DNA of 64,000 bases from a bacterium (GTDB taxonomy: Bacteria; RBG-13-61-14; DATKZS01). Under the pieces are notes generated by a model, which saw only the letters and a program-made list of their open reading frames with translations, did no database searches and was not told the DNA's origin. Location: positions 32,001-96,000 of the forward strand of contig CAXXFL010000003.1 of the NCBI GenBank assembly GCA_963674965.2. Reading direction: 5' to 3'. Shown here in pieces: positions 1-10,466 of this stretch. The first letter of the stretch is position 1. The number at the start of each line of letters is the position of its first letter. A program made the position numbers and the translations under genes.

Positions 1-1
1 C

Positions 2-115
2 TCGGCGGGGACCATATACCTGAACGCCGAGGCCCCGGCCTGCAGCGCCGGCGGAATCGGACGCTACTGCCCCGGCGTAATCAAAAACCAGTTGGTTACC
101 ATTGTCGGATACTGA
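2..115 (+). CDS. 3' end of a gene running in from the left edge (partial, unknown product)
   Basis: Open frame SAGTIYLNAE...LVTIVGY* ending at TGA 113-115, directly followed by an intrinsic terminator. Confidence 0.5.
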   Translation, partial: SAGTIYLNAEAPACSAGGIGRYCPGVIKNQLVTIVGY

Positions 116-131
116 AATTTAACGGACCTTG

Positions 132-158
132 AAAGGGCGGGCCTGTCCCGCCCTTTTT
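132..158. terminator. Rho-independent (probably bidirectional) terminator; target site of the group IIC intron
   Basis: AAAGGGCGGG-cctgt-CCCGCCCTTT 10-bp stem followed by T-run; lies between convergent genes. Confidence 0.85.
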
Positions 159-163
159 ATTTC

Positions 164-1024
<861 letters not shown>

Positions 1025-1038
1025 TAGCGGGACGCCTC

Positions 1039-3693
1039 TTATCTCGTCTCGCTTCTCCTTATCCTTATTATCGGCGCCTGGGCGTATCTCATCTTTTGCT
1101 TGCCGGCCATGTATTGGTCTTCCGGCTTGGCCCTGAATACCAGTTCCAGGTTCCCGCCCAGCGTCGTCTGACCTTGGAAGATTTCCACCTCCTCCATCGA
1201 CTCGTTCTTGGAGAAATAACCTAGAAGCTCGCCGGGCTCGCCCGTAAACCCGTCTCCGTCCAGGTCGGTCCCGGCGGCCAGGTAATAGCGGCCAGGGGGA
1301 ACGTTCCAGATCGAGTAATTATAGAAGTACTTCGATCCGGTCTCGGCCCAACCCGCCGAATCGCACGTCAGGTTTCCCCTTTCGCCGGGCCGGCATTGGT
1401 CGGGATCGAAGAGGACCACGAAAACGGGGACCTTGATCTCATCGAGGAAAACCAGGTTCACCCCGTCGGTGCCTCCGTTTTCCGAACCGACGACCAACTC
1501 GCCGTAATGGGGTCCCGCGGAAACGCCGCTGGGGTCGATGGCCACCGTCAAGGTCGATCCCTTAAGCTCGTGGTGATCCACCCAGGGTATTGAATAGGAC
1601 TCGACGGTCATTCCCGCCAGTCCGCCGGGGCCAAGGTTTATAACGCTTGTCACGCCCTCCGTTTGGTCCTGGTCGAAATAAAGGACTCGCGGCTCGACCG
1701 AGAGACGAGGCCCCTCTCGAACTTTGGCTCCCGCCAGAGAAAAGCCCGCCAGCGCCGCTTTCTCGGCGTTGATGATCCCGAATCCAAGATACGGATCGCG
1801 GCCGCCTCTGTCCCTTCCGGTTATGGTCCCTTCATATTCCGGATGGGTACCGCCTATCAACCGCAAGGCGTCTCCTTGCGTAATGGGATCAAGCCCGCCG
1901 GCGGACCTATAGGCCGACAATAAAAGCGCCAGCGCCCCGGACACGTGGGGGGCCGCCGCGGAAGTGCCGCCGAAGAAATCATACCGGAAAACCACCTCCC
2001 CGGAGCGGTCGTCCGCCCCGGTCGACCGGATCGAGTTCACGAAGCCGCCTCCGCTCAGCCTTGAACTTCCGTTGCCGGGCGCCGCCACCTCGACGTGCAA
2101 GCCGTAATTGGAGTACTCGGCCCTTCTTCCCGAAATATCGGCCGCGGCGACGGTTATCACGTTTTCATAAGCCGCGGGATACCTCGGCGCCCATGACCCG
2201 TCGTTGCCGGCGGAAGCCACCACCAACGATCCGGCCTCCATGGCGTCGGCCACCGCGCTCTCGAGGAGCCTCGAATCCCCGCTTCCGCCCAGGCTTAAAT
2301 TGATAATGTCCGCCTTTATTTTTTGTCCATCAACCTCGGCCGGAGAAACGGATTCCCCGTGGCACGTGCCCAACCCGGCGGCGAACCTGATCCCCTGGGC
2401 TATGTCATAGTTCACTCCACCTTCCCGGCCCAGCACCCTGACCGGCAGGATTTTCGCGTCCCTGGCCACGCCGGACACGCCTATGACGTTGTCGGTCACC
2501 GCCGAGATAACGCCGCTGACGTAAGTCCCGTGGAATGAACTGATGGAGCCGTACAGCTTGTCCCCCGCGTCGTAGGGGTCGGGGTCCACTCCGTCTCCAT
2601 CAAGGGAGCGGCCCGGGTCCAGGACCAGGTCGTGGCCCACCACCGTCATGCCGTCTCGCAAAACGTTCGCAAAAAGGTCGGGATGGTCGTATAAAACTCC
2701 CGTGTCGACCACGGCCACGATTATCCCGGACGCGTTGTCGATCACCTCCCACGCCCGATAGGCGGCGGTCAGGTCCAGACCCCATTGGGAAGAATAATAG
2801 AAATCGTTGGCTCCCAACGAGTCGGCTCGGTAGATGTAATTCGGCTCGGCGAACTCGACCTCGGGAAGCTCGGAAAGCCGCTCGATTATTTCCAAAGTGG
2901 CGGCGTAATCGTCAAGGGAAGCCGGCGTTCCGCCGCCGCGCTCGCCGGGCAAGGAAAAAGACAAAAGCGCGGTACCATCGTCTCCATCCACTTCCACTTC
3001 GGCTTCCACCATCTTGGCGGCCCGCGAAGCCAGGGCTCGGGGGCCGTTCGCCTGGGCCTGGAATTCCGGTTTGAATTTCACCACCGCCTGTCCGGGCACG
3101 AAGTTTCTTTCCGGGTCCTCGCTCGTAAATCCAAACGCGTCCTGGGCCGAGTCGGGCCAATCGGAGGACGTGGCCAGATTGTAGATCGAGCGTCCCGAAC
3201 GGCAGCGGACGAGGAGGGAATATTCCCCCGATTCAAGGATGGTTAGGGTCTCCTTTCCATCCTCGGCCCAATCGGAGGAATCGATCGATTCTCCGTCTTT
3301 AAACAGCGATAGTTTAACGTCTCCGGACTGGCCGTCGAACTCGACCCAGGCAACGTCGCCGCTCTCGAAAAAGACGCGGTAATAATCTTCAGGGTCCAGG
3401 GCGTGGTCCACGTGACCCGCGACCGCGTCGAGCCTTCCCATCCGCTGGCCGGGCAAAAAGTCGTTGTCATGGCGCCGCCTTCCCGGTTTCTCGCCCGGGA
3501 AGTCATGGTCCAGCGAGAGATAGGAGGGAACGGCCACTCGCCCCGACAGGCTGACGTCTCCGAACCTGACGGGACCGTCATGAAGCGGGCTCCCGCAAGC
3601 CCCCCCGAAAAAAAAGAGCAAATGAAACAAAGAAAGGGAAATTTTATTTATGAGGGATAAGACTCCTCGATCCGAAAGCCACTCCTCCATCAT
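1039..3693 (-). CDS. S8 subtilisin-like serine protease with N-terminal PPC-like domain, probably exported or lipoprotein (start uncertain)
   Basis: Catalytic motifs VAVVDTG, HGTYVSG, ASAGN, GTSAAAPHVSG; hydrophobic N-terminus ending GAC. Confidence 0.9.
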   Translation of the reverse strand: MMEEWLSDRGVLSLINKISLSLFHLLFFFGGACGSPLHDGPVRFGDVSLSGRVAVPSYLSLDHDFPGEKPGRRRHDNDFLPGQRMGRLDAVAGHVDHALDPEDYYRVFFESGDVAWVEFDGQSGDVKLSLFKDGESIDSSDWAEDGKETLTILESGEYSLLVRCRSGRSIYNLATSSDWPDSAQDAFGFTSEDPERNFVPGQAVVKFKPEFQAQANGPRALASRAAKMVEAEVEVDGDDGTALLSFSLPGERGGGTPASLDDYAATLEIIERLSELPEVEFAEPNYIYRADSLGANDFYYSSQWGLDLTAAYRAWEVIDNASGIIVAVVDTGVLYDHPDLFANVLRDGMTVVGHDLVLDPGRSLDGDGVDPDPYDAGDKLYGSISSFHGTYVSGVISAVTDNVIGVSGVARDAKILPVRVLGREGGVNYDIAQGIRFAAGLGTCHGESVSPAEVDGQKIKADIINLSLGGSGDSRLLESAVADAMEAGSLVVASAGNDGSWAPRYPAAYENVITVAAADISGRRAEYSNYGLHVEVAAPGNGSSRLSGGGFVNSIRSTGADDRSGEVVFRYDFFGGTSAAAPHVSGALALLLSAYRSAGGLDPITQGDALRLIGGTHPEYEGTITGRDRGGRDPYLGFGIINAEKAALAGFSLAGAKVREGPRLSVEPRVLYFDQDQTEGVTSVINLGPGGLAGMTVESYSIPWVDHHELKGSTLTVAIDPSGVSAGPHYGELVVGSENGGTDGVNLVFLDEIKVPVFVVLFDPDQCRPGERGNLTCDSAGWAETGSKYFYNYSIWNVPPGRYYLAAGTDLDGDGFTGEPGELLGYFSKNESMEEVEIFQGQTTLGGNLELVFRAKPEDQYMAGKQKMRYAQAPIIRIRRSETR

Positions 3694-3872
3694 AATCGAG
3701 CGGCTTTTCAATTTGACTATTTCATTGAACATCGGCGAAAATTTATTCCTTTTCGGCAGTATAACATAAATCGCGATTATTGCGGACCATACCCGGGCGT
3801 GCTAAATTATTACTTGCGGTCCCGATGACGTTTGTCCGGCTACGGGAGTAGGGAAGTCGCGGCCGCCATGAC

Positions 3873-6440
3873 ATGGAGGAAGTCCCACGCGCGCCAATGA
3901 AAGTGCATCTCGATAACCGGGGCAGGAACGTCATCGTTTTTATCCTGGCTTTTTCCATGATCTCCATCTTTGTCTACTGCCTGGTGAGCACCACGTCATG
4001 GATCAACCGTTCCTTTCCGGGCTTCGTCGTCCTTAACAACCGACTTGTTCCCACCATAAGCATGCCGGGATGGGCGGGACTTCAAAACGGCGTCAGGTTC
4101 GGCGACGTGGTCCTCTCAATGGACGGGAAAGAACTCGCCGACGGCGACGAGATGAACGCGATGGCCGCCCGCAAGGAGCCGGGCGCGCCCGTTACTTACA
4201 CTCTCCGAAGGGGGAAGGACGTCCTTCAAGTCACGGTCCCCGTCTCCACCTTCACGCTGGGCGACTACCTCCTCCTGTTTCCCGGCTTCATGCTTATCGG
4301 TCTTTTCTATTACGCCGTGGGAGTGGCCGTTTTCTATATCAAACCCAACGACACCGCCGCCAGGGCCATGATGCTAAACGGCGTGGTTATCGGGATGGCC
4401 ATGGTGGTTACCCCGGAATACGCCACCAACCATACCAACCCCTTCAGTCTCTTTCTGCTTCCCCTGGCTGGACCGAGCCTGGTGACGCTCGGGCTGTATT
4501 TCCCGGAAAAGTACAAGATCGCCAAGTACGCCATGCCCGCCGCCCTGGCCAGCGGCGTCCCCATCATCATTCCCTACGCGTGGCTTTTCCACGACGTGGA
4601 AAAGTTCGTCATAGTCGACGCGATAATGCTTGTCCATATCAGCGTTAACAACGCGATCGGTCTTTTCCTGATGTTCTTCTCTTTTGTCCGCTCAAAGGAC
4701 CGGCTTACCAGGCAGAAATTCAAGATCGTCAGCTTCGGCATAGGCCTGGCCATCGTGCTGGGCGTACTGTTCATGGTTGGCCATCTCATCCTTAAAATAA
4801 TGAGCTTCTTCTGGTTTTTGCCCTTCGGGCTCCTGGTCATTCCCCTTAGCATCAGCTACGCCATCCTTAAGAACAACCTTTTCGACGTGGACGACTTCAT
4901 TAAGAAGTCGCTCGGCTGGGTCGTCTCCAGCGTCCTGGTAGTGGCGTGTTTCTCCGGCCTTAACGCCCTTGTCGGCCTGGCTCTCAGCCATATCACCGCG
5001 GACTACGTCCAAATCTCCGAGGGCATATCCGTGCTGGTGGTGGTGGTCCTTTTCCTGCCCATGCACAATATTATCAAAACCTTCATCGACAAGAGGTTCG
5101 CGGGGGAGGAATACGAGTATCAGGACGCCCTGCTCAAGTCGGCCAAGGTCTTGGCCAGGATCATCGACAAGGACAGGCTGTTTAACGACCTGCTTGACAC
5201 CATTCTCAACTCTATCAAGATCGAGCGTGGCGTTCTTCTGATCAGGGACGAGGAGACGGGGGCCTTCCACATTCAGGCCGCCCGGGACTACTCGATGGGA
5301 TTTCAACCCGGCGGGGGTTCCTTTGGCCACGACGAGGAATACAGGCCCGTCTGTCTCGAGCACGACAACCCCTTAGTCTTCCACCTCGAGGGAATAAGGA
5401 CCCCGCTTCAAATCCACCACGTCGAGGCCCCGGGCGTGTTCGGCAAGGACAGGGAACCGATGATCCTGGCCATGCGCTCCCTGGGCCTGGACCTGGTCGT
5501 GCCCATTTTCTTCGAGCACCGCATGACCGGAATCCTCGGATTGGGGCCCAAGGGAAACGGGGCGTGGTACACGAGCGTGGACGAGCACCTTTTGCAGACG
5601 CTGATGGACCAGGCCGCCGTTTCCATCGAGAACGCCGACAACATCGAGAAGATGAAACAGATGGTCAAGCTCGAGGCGGCCTACGAGGAACTCAAGAAGG
5701 TGGACGAGATGAAGGACAACATCCTCTCGATGGTGTCGCACGACTTAAGGACGCCGCTGACCGGAATCCTCGCCTACGCGTCCCTTATGAAGGAGTCCAT
5801 CGGCTCCCTGGACGAGAAGAGCCAGATCAAATACCTCACCGTCATCGTCGAGCAGGGCGAGAGGATGACAAGGCTCATCAACGACCTGCTCGATATTCAG
5901 AGGTTCGAGTTCGAGAAGGCCACCATGGAGTTCACGGATATAAACCTGCCCGACCTCGTAGCGAGCACGGTCGAGATATTCAAAGGGGCCGCCGAGGAAA
6001 AAAGCATCAAGCTCTCCAGCCAGGTTCCAAGCGAGGAAATTATGGTCCGCGGCAACTGGGACCGGCTCCAGCAGGCTTTGACTAACCTCTTGTCCAACGC
6101 CGTCAAGTTCACGCCAAAGAAGGGCATTATTCGAGTGTCCATCGAAATCCGGACCAGAAGCGGCAACAAGGCCGCCAGGGTCTCGGTTACCGACAACGGG
6201 CCGGGCGTGGATAAAAAGTATCACGCCAGTCTCTTCGACAAGTTCCAGCAGGGCGACAAGCTCATCCGCGACAAGGCCCAGGGAAGCGGCCTGGGCCTGG
6301 CCCTGGTCAGGGAAATCATCCGCGCTCACGATGGGAAAGTGGGACTGCAAAGCGAGCCGGGCAGGGGCAGCTCCTTCTATTTCCTCTTGCCAACCAAGGA
6401 AAGCACGCCAAGCGACCACAAGGAGGGAAACAATGACTAA
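3873..6440 (+). CDS. Membrane sensor histidine kinase (PDZ, multi-TM, GAF, HisKA, HATPase)
   Basis: PDZ-like GVRFGDVVLSMDG; several TM helices; H-box VSHDLRTPL; NLLSNAVKFT; DNGPG; GSGLGL. Confidence 0.92.
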   Translation: MEEVPRAPMKVHLDNRGRNVIVFILAFSMISIFVYCLVSTTSWINRSFPGFVVLNNRLVPTISMPGWAGLQNGVRFGDVVLSMDGKELADGDEMNAMAARKEPGAPVTYTLRRGKDVLQVTVPVSTFTLGDYLLLFPGFMLIGLFYYAVGVAVFYIKPNDTAARAMMLNGVVIGMAMVVTPEYATNHTNPFSLFLLPLAGPSLVTLGLYFPEKYKIAKYAMPAALASGVPIIIPYAWLFHDVEKFVIVDAIMLVHISVNNAIGLFLMFFSFVRSKDRLTRQKFKIVSFGIGLAIVLGVLFMVGHLILKIMSFFWFLPFGLLVIPLSISYAILKNNLFDVDDFIKKSLGWVVSSVLVVACFSGLNALVGLALSHITADYVQISEGISVLVVVVLFLPMHNIIKTFIDKRFAGEEYEYQDALLKSAKVLARIIDKDRLFNDLLDTILNSIKIERGVLLIRDEETGAFHIQAARDYSMGFQPGGGSFGHDEEYRPVCLEHDNPLVFHLEGIRTPLQIHHVEAPGVFGKDREPMILAMRSLGLDLVVPIFFEHRMTGILGLGPKGNGAWYTSVDEHLLQTLMDQAAVSIENADNIEKMKQMVKLEAAYEELKKVDEMKDNILSMVSHDLRTPLTGILAYASLMKESIGSLDEKSQIKYLTVIVEQGERMTRLINDLLDIQRFEFEKATMEFTDINLPDLVASTVEIFKGAAEEKSIKLSSQVPSEEIMVRGNWDRLQQALTNLLSNAVKFTPKKGIIRVSIEIRTRSGNKAARVSVTDNGPGVDKKYHASLFDKFQQGDKLIRDKAQGSGLGLALVREIIRAHDGKVGLQSEPGRGSSFYFLLPTKESTPSDHKEGNND

Positions 6441-6804
6441 GAAGGTGCTCATCGCCGACGACGACGACCTCTTAAGGGACGCCATCAGGCTTAGCATTCA
6501 AAAAGACGGCTACGAGATACACGAGGCCAGGGACGGGATCGAGGCCCTGAACAAGGCGGCGGAGGTAATACCGGACCTTATCATCCTCGACGTCATGATG
6601 CCGGGGATGATCGGCTACAATGTCTGCCAGAAATTGAAAAGCAATCCCGCGACTAAGGATATCTTCGTCATGTACCTGACGGCCAGGGGAAACGAGCTGA
6701 CCGACGGCGCGGTCAAGGAAAGCGGTGGAGACGGTTTCTTCGCCAAGCCCTTCTTGCCCACCGAGCTGCGGAAAAAGGTGCGGGATATCCTGGAGTCCAG
6801 ATAA
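6433..6804 (+). CDS. Single-domain response regulator
   Basis: KKVLIADDD, LDVMMPG, YLTA, KPF; RBS AGGAGG; overlaps the kinase stop. Confidence 0.92.
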   Translation: MTKKVLIADDDDLLRDAIRLSIQKDGYEIHEARDGIEALNKAAEVIPDLIILDVMMPGMIGYNVCQKLKSNPATKDIFVMYLTARGNELTDGAVKESGGDGFFAKPFLPTELRKKVRDILESR

Positions 6805-6821
6805 CTTCTTTCCGGCCCGGC

Positions 6822-7895
6822 TCAGGCGCTCTTGATACGGGCCTCCCCCGTCTGGCCGTTCTTTTTTTGCGGAAGGTTCGCGTTAAGCACGTCGTAACTG
6901 ATAATTCCACGGTCATAGAGGGACTCGAGCTGGCGGCCCAGTCCCTGCATCCCTTCGGAAACCCCGGTGGCGATGGTCGTCTCGAGCTGGTGGACCTTGT
7001 TTTCCCGGATCAGGTTCCTCACCGCCTTGTTGGCCACCAGTATCTCCGAGGCCAGCACCCTGCCCTCCACGTCCACCCGGGGCAGGAGTCTCTGGTTGAT
7101 TATGCCCTGCAGGCACGAGGCCAACTGGTACCGGGTCTGGGCCTGTTGCCTGGAGGGGAACACGTCCACAATCCGGTTTATAGTCGAGGCCGAGTCGTTG
7201 GTGTGGATGGTGGCCAATACCAGGTGGCCCGTCTCGGCGGCCAGAAGGGCGGCCGCTATGGTATCCAGCTCGCGAAGCTCCCCAATCCCTATTACGTCGG
7301 GGTCCTGCCTCAGCGCGTGGATAAGGGCCGCGGGGAAGTCCTTTACGTCCATGCCCACCTCCTGCTGGATCACCAGGCTCCGGACGGGACGATGAACGTA
7401 CTCGATGGGGTCCTCGATGGTTATGACCTTGCAACGCCTCTCCCGGTTCACCATGTCCAGGATGGCGTTAAAGGTCGTGGTCTTGCCCGAGCCGGTCGAG
7501 CCGGTGATGAGGATCAAGCCGTTAGGACGGCGGGCCAGGTCCTCTACCACCTCGGGAATCCCAAGCTCCTCGAAGCTGGGGATGCGGGTTATGCCAAGGC
7601 GGATCGAGGCTTCCATCGCCCCCAGCCTGCGGTAAAGGCTCACCCGGAAATAGCCCAGGCCCTCGACCGATCTCGAGAAGCAAAGCTTCCAGTCCCGGGA
7701 AAAGGACTCGCGCTGGACGTCGTCGAGAAGGGGCGCCATCATGGACTCCACGTCGCCGACCTTGAGGGGCTCGGTCCCCTCCAGGCTCAGTATCTCTCCG
7801 TTGACCCGGATAACCGGGGGCACCCCGGCGGCAAGGTGAAGGTCAGAGGCCTCCCGCGCCCGCGCCGCCCCTATCAAGCCGTTAAGCGTCGTCAT
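6822..7895 (-). CDS. pilT: PilT/PilU-family type IV pilus retraction ATPase
   Basis: ASDLHL, Walker A GSTGSGKTT, TIEDPIEY, ALRQDPD, GELRE, ETGHLV, AVRNLIRE; start coupled by TAATG. Confidence 0.9.
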   Translation of the reverse strand: MTTLNGLIGAARAREASDLHLAAGVPPVIRVNGEILSLEGTEPLKVGDVESMMAPLLDDVQRESFSRDWKLCFSRSVEGLGYFRVSLYRRLGAMEASIRLGITRIPSFEELGIPEVVEDLARRPNGLILITGSTGSGKTTTFNAILDMVNRERRCKVITIEDPIEYVHRPVRSLVIQQEVGMDVKDFPAALIHALRQDPDVIGIGELRELDTIAAALLAAETGHLVLATIHTNDSASTINRIVDVFPSRQQAQTRYQLASCLQGIINQRLLPRVDVEGRVLASEILVANKAVRNLIRENKVHQLETTIATGVSEGMQGLGRQLESLYDRGIISYDVLNANLPQKKNGQTGEARIKSA

Positions 7896-8920
7896 TACAA
7901 CTTCCTCCATTCGTATAGCGGCCAGTATATGCGAGCAATGCGCATCCAATTGTCGTATTGGGACAAATAACCAAGACTGTAATTGCCCCTTTGCTCAAAA
8001 TATACCTCCTGGAGAAATGCGTACTCGCCCTCCGGGACCACGGTGGGAGCCAGCTTGCAGGTGGTTATATCTCTTATGATAGCGGGGACATATGGCTGAG
8101 ATTCTTCCGGCGCTATTTCATCGTTAATATAGAGCACCCCACTATCCACCTCGACCACGTCGCCCTCGAGAGCGATAATCCTGTAAATGTTGTGAGCTCT
8201 ATATAAAAGAGCGCCCCGCTCCAATTTGTCCCGGCCGAAATCGACGGGAACGGAGAAAACCCTGTCCCCGTCGCGGACGTCCATAAAATAATGAGCGTCG
8301 TTAATGACCAGGAACCGGTTCGGGAATAAAGAGGAGATGAGAAAGTCAGCGGCCAAGTAAGGCAGCGATATAACCATGACCGCCGAGGCCGCGCTCATAA
8401 ACGCAACGTTAGCCTTGGCCGAGTGGCCTCTATCCTCGAGATGCAGCCTGGTCGCCTCGAACCCGGCGGCCAAGAGCGTAAAAAGAACCATAACCGGATA
8501 GCCGGGAATGGGAACGTGAAATACCATCTGCGCAAGGCCCGCCGCCACGAGAAGGGACGTGGCCAGGAGGAACGCCAGGCCTTCCTTTGGCCTGCCATGC
8601 AAAAAGAACCACGGGCCGAAAAGCATGCCCGAGGCGGCGACCCGAAATGGAGGCATATATTGCTCGAGTCTTTCCCGGAAACCCTCTTGGCCATCCCCGC
8701 GGACGTTCCCTATCGCATCCTCGATTCTTCTGACGGCTCTCGCCCGCGTCCCCAGGCTCGCGGCCACCGACTTTTTCCTCTCGAGCAGGTCCGTGGACCC
8801 CGAGCCGCCCACCTTGGGATAGGTCAGCGGGGCCGGTGGGGGCTCGCTCATCGAGGCCCCGCAGGCCATGCACTCCTCCATGCCCGGCATCACGTGGGCG
8901 TCGCACCTGGGGCACTTCAT
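7895..8920 (-). CDS. Zinc-ribbon membrane protein with C-terminal degenerate signal peptidase I (S26)-like domain
   Basis: CPRC..CMAC; about 4 TM segments; DGDRV, YRIIALEGDVVEV.SGVLYIND, VVPEGEY resemble S26 boxes but lack catalytic Ser/Lys. Confidence 0.65.
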   Translation of the reverse strand: MKCPRCDAHVMPGMEECMACGASMSEPPPAPLTYPKVGGSGSTDLLERKKSVAASLGTRARAVRRIEDAIGNVRGDGQEGFRERLEQYMPPFRVAASGMLFGPWFFLHGRPKEGLAFLLATSLLVAAGLAQMVFHVPIPGYPVMVLFTLLAAGFEATRLHLEDRGHSAKANVAFMSAASAVMVISLPYLAADFLISSLFPNRFLVINDAHYFMDVRDGDRVFSVPVDFGRDKLERGALLYRAHNIYRIIALEGDVVEVDSGVLYINDEIAPEESQPYVPAIIRDITTCKLAPTVVPEGEYAFLQEVYFEQRGNYSLGYLSQYDNWMRIARIYWPLYEWRKL

Positions 8921-8923
8921 GAG

Positions 8924-9133
8924 TTACCTCTTGGCCGCCTTGACAAAGGGAGCTATCCTGATCCGGCTTTCCTTCTCGTAATACTCGTCCGTGGTGGCCG
9001 TGGCCTTGATCGGTCCAAGGAACTCACGGAATAACTCGCGCGCGTCAAGGCATCTGGGTCCTTTGATTCCCTTGACCCAAACCTTGACCTCGCCCTCCTT
9101 GGATATCTCGATGTCCAGTACTTCCCGTTCCAT
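8924..9133 (-). CDS. DUF2997-like small protein
   Basis: IEISKEGEVKVWVKGIKGPRCLDA...LG...TDEYY pattern; RBS AAGGAG. Confidence 0.8.
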   Translation of the reverse strand: MEREVLDIEISKEGEVKVWVKGIKGPRCLDARELFREFLGPIKATATTDEYYEKESRIRIAPFVKAAKR

Positions 9134-9165
9134 GACGCGACTCCTTCCATTCGTCCTTGTCAAAG

Positions 9166-9948
9166 CTAATCCCTGGTTCCGGTCAGGCTCCGGATTCTTT
9201 TCCAGACGCTCGTTTTGGCCAGGTCGTTTTTCAATTTTTTAGCCTCGTCCAGGTCCGGCCTGACGGCGAGGGCGTCCTCCACGTGGGTCAGGGCGGACTC
9301 CCGTTTGCCCGCGGCGTAAAAAGCCTGCGCCAGCCTGAGATGATTTATGGCCTCCCTCGGCTCGAGATCGACCGCCTTGGCCAGGTATTTTACCGCCTCG
9401 CGGTGGCGTCCGTGCAGGATCAGCATCTCCCCCGCCCGCCTCATGATCCACCACCTGGAGACGCCGCCCACCTCGAGGGACTTGTTAACGCAGTGCTCGG
9501 CGCTCGGAAGCTTGCCGGAAATTACGAGGGCCTCGGCCCGGCAGAGCCAGATAAGCCAGTGGTCCTTTTTCACCCTCTGGGCCGTGTCCAGAAACCCCAT
9601 GGCCTTTTCGACCATTCCCATCCGGGCCAGGGCCGAGGCCCGGGCAGCGAAGCAGGGTCCTGAACCGGGGCAGTGCTCGAGGCCCCTCGCGGCCCAAAGC
9701 GCCGCCTCATCGTGCTCGCCCATGTCGAGGAGGGCCAGGCATTGGCCCACCCAGGCCTCCTCGAGCTGGAGGTCCTGGGAAAGAGCCCTCGAGTAATACT
9801 TGAGGGCCGCCTCGCTCGCGCCCGCGTGCATGGCCCGGGTCGCCCGCTCGAGATAAAAAACGTGGTCGCGGACCTTCACGTCGTCAGTCGGAAGAGCGTC
9901 CGGCTTCCCGACTCGCTCGTCCAGTTCCAAATATTCTCCGCGTCCCAT
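9166..9948 (-). CDS. Tetratricopeptide repeat protein
   Basis: Repeated TPR units (ALKYYSRAL, AVKYLAKAVDLEP, ALAVRPD); RBS GGAGG. Confidence 0.85.
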   Translation of the reverse strand: MGRGEYLELDERVGKPDALPTDDVKVRDHVFYLERATRAMHAGASEAALKYYSRALSQDLQLEEAWVGQCLALLDMGEHDEAALWAARGLEHCPGSGPCFAARASALARMGMVEKAMGFLDTAQRVKKDHWLIWLCRAEALVISGKLPSAEHCVNKSLEVGGVSRWWIMRRAGEMLILHGRHREAVKYLAKAVDLEPREAINHLRLAQAFYAAGKRESALTHVEDALAVRPDLDEAKKLKNDLAKTSVWKRIRSLTGTRD

Positions 9949-9983
9949 TGCTTATTCCTCCAATAGTCCCGCCCCGAAGTCGG

Positions 9984-10451
9984 TCAGCTCATCCTGTGCA
10001 TCTTGATCTTGATACGGCCGTCCTCGTCCACTTCCTCTTGCCCTGTTTCATAGCCGCGCCTCTCCAGCTCGACCATCATCTTCTGGTAGGCGTACTGTTG
10101 GCGGACCCTTCCTATGACGCGCGCGCCCTCCTCCTCGAGCTGGGACTTGGTCATGTTGGCGCCCTTTACGTGCACGGCGAAGCGGCCGCGGGGGTCCTTG
10201 TAAAACTCGACCTGGACCCCGTCGCGCTGAAGGGTGACCCGCTCGTCCTCGGCCAGGGCCTCGGCTATAACGCGCGACCGTTCCATGGCGACCTCGACCT
10301 CGTTCATCGACTCGAGGTCGCGAGACTGGAAAGCCCCCCTCGCCGCCCGCCGATAGCCAAGGGCGCCGGCGGCGGCCGCGGCCGCGGCGCAAAAGGCCGG
10401 CCATCCCCCGGCCGCCATCACCAGCGGCGTGACCACGAATATACAAGACAT
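9984..10451 (-). CDS. DUF1257 (Ycf35-like) protein with N-terminal Ala-rich hydrophobic segment
   Basis: C-terminal RQQYAYQKMMVEL..RGY...EEVDEDGRIKIKM pattern; adjacent to Ycf46-type ATPase. Confidence 0.75.
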   Translation of the reverse strand: MSCIFVVTPLVMAAGGWPAFCAAAAAAAGALGYRRAARGAFQSRDLESMNEVEVAMERSRVIAEALAEDERVTLQRDGVQVEFYKDPRGRFAVHVKGANMTKSQLEEEGARVIGRVRQQYAYQKMMVELERRGYETGQEEVDEDGRIKIKMHRMS

Positions 10452-10466
10452 GGCTTTTCCTCCCTC

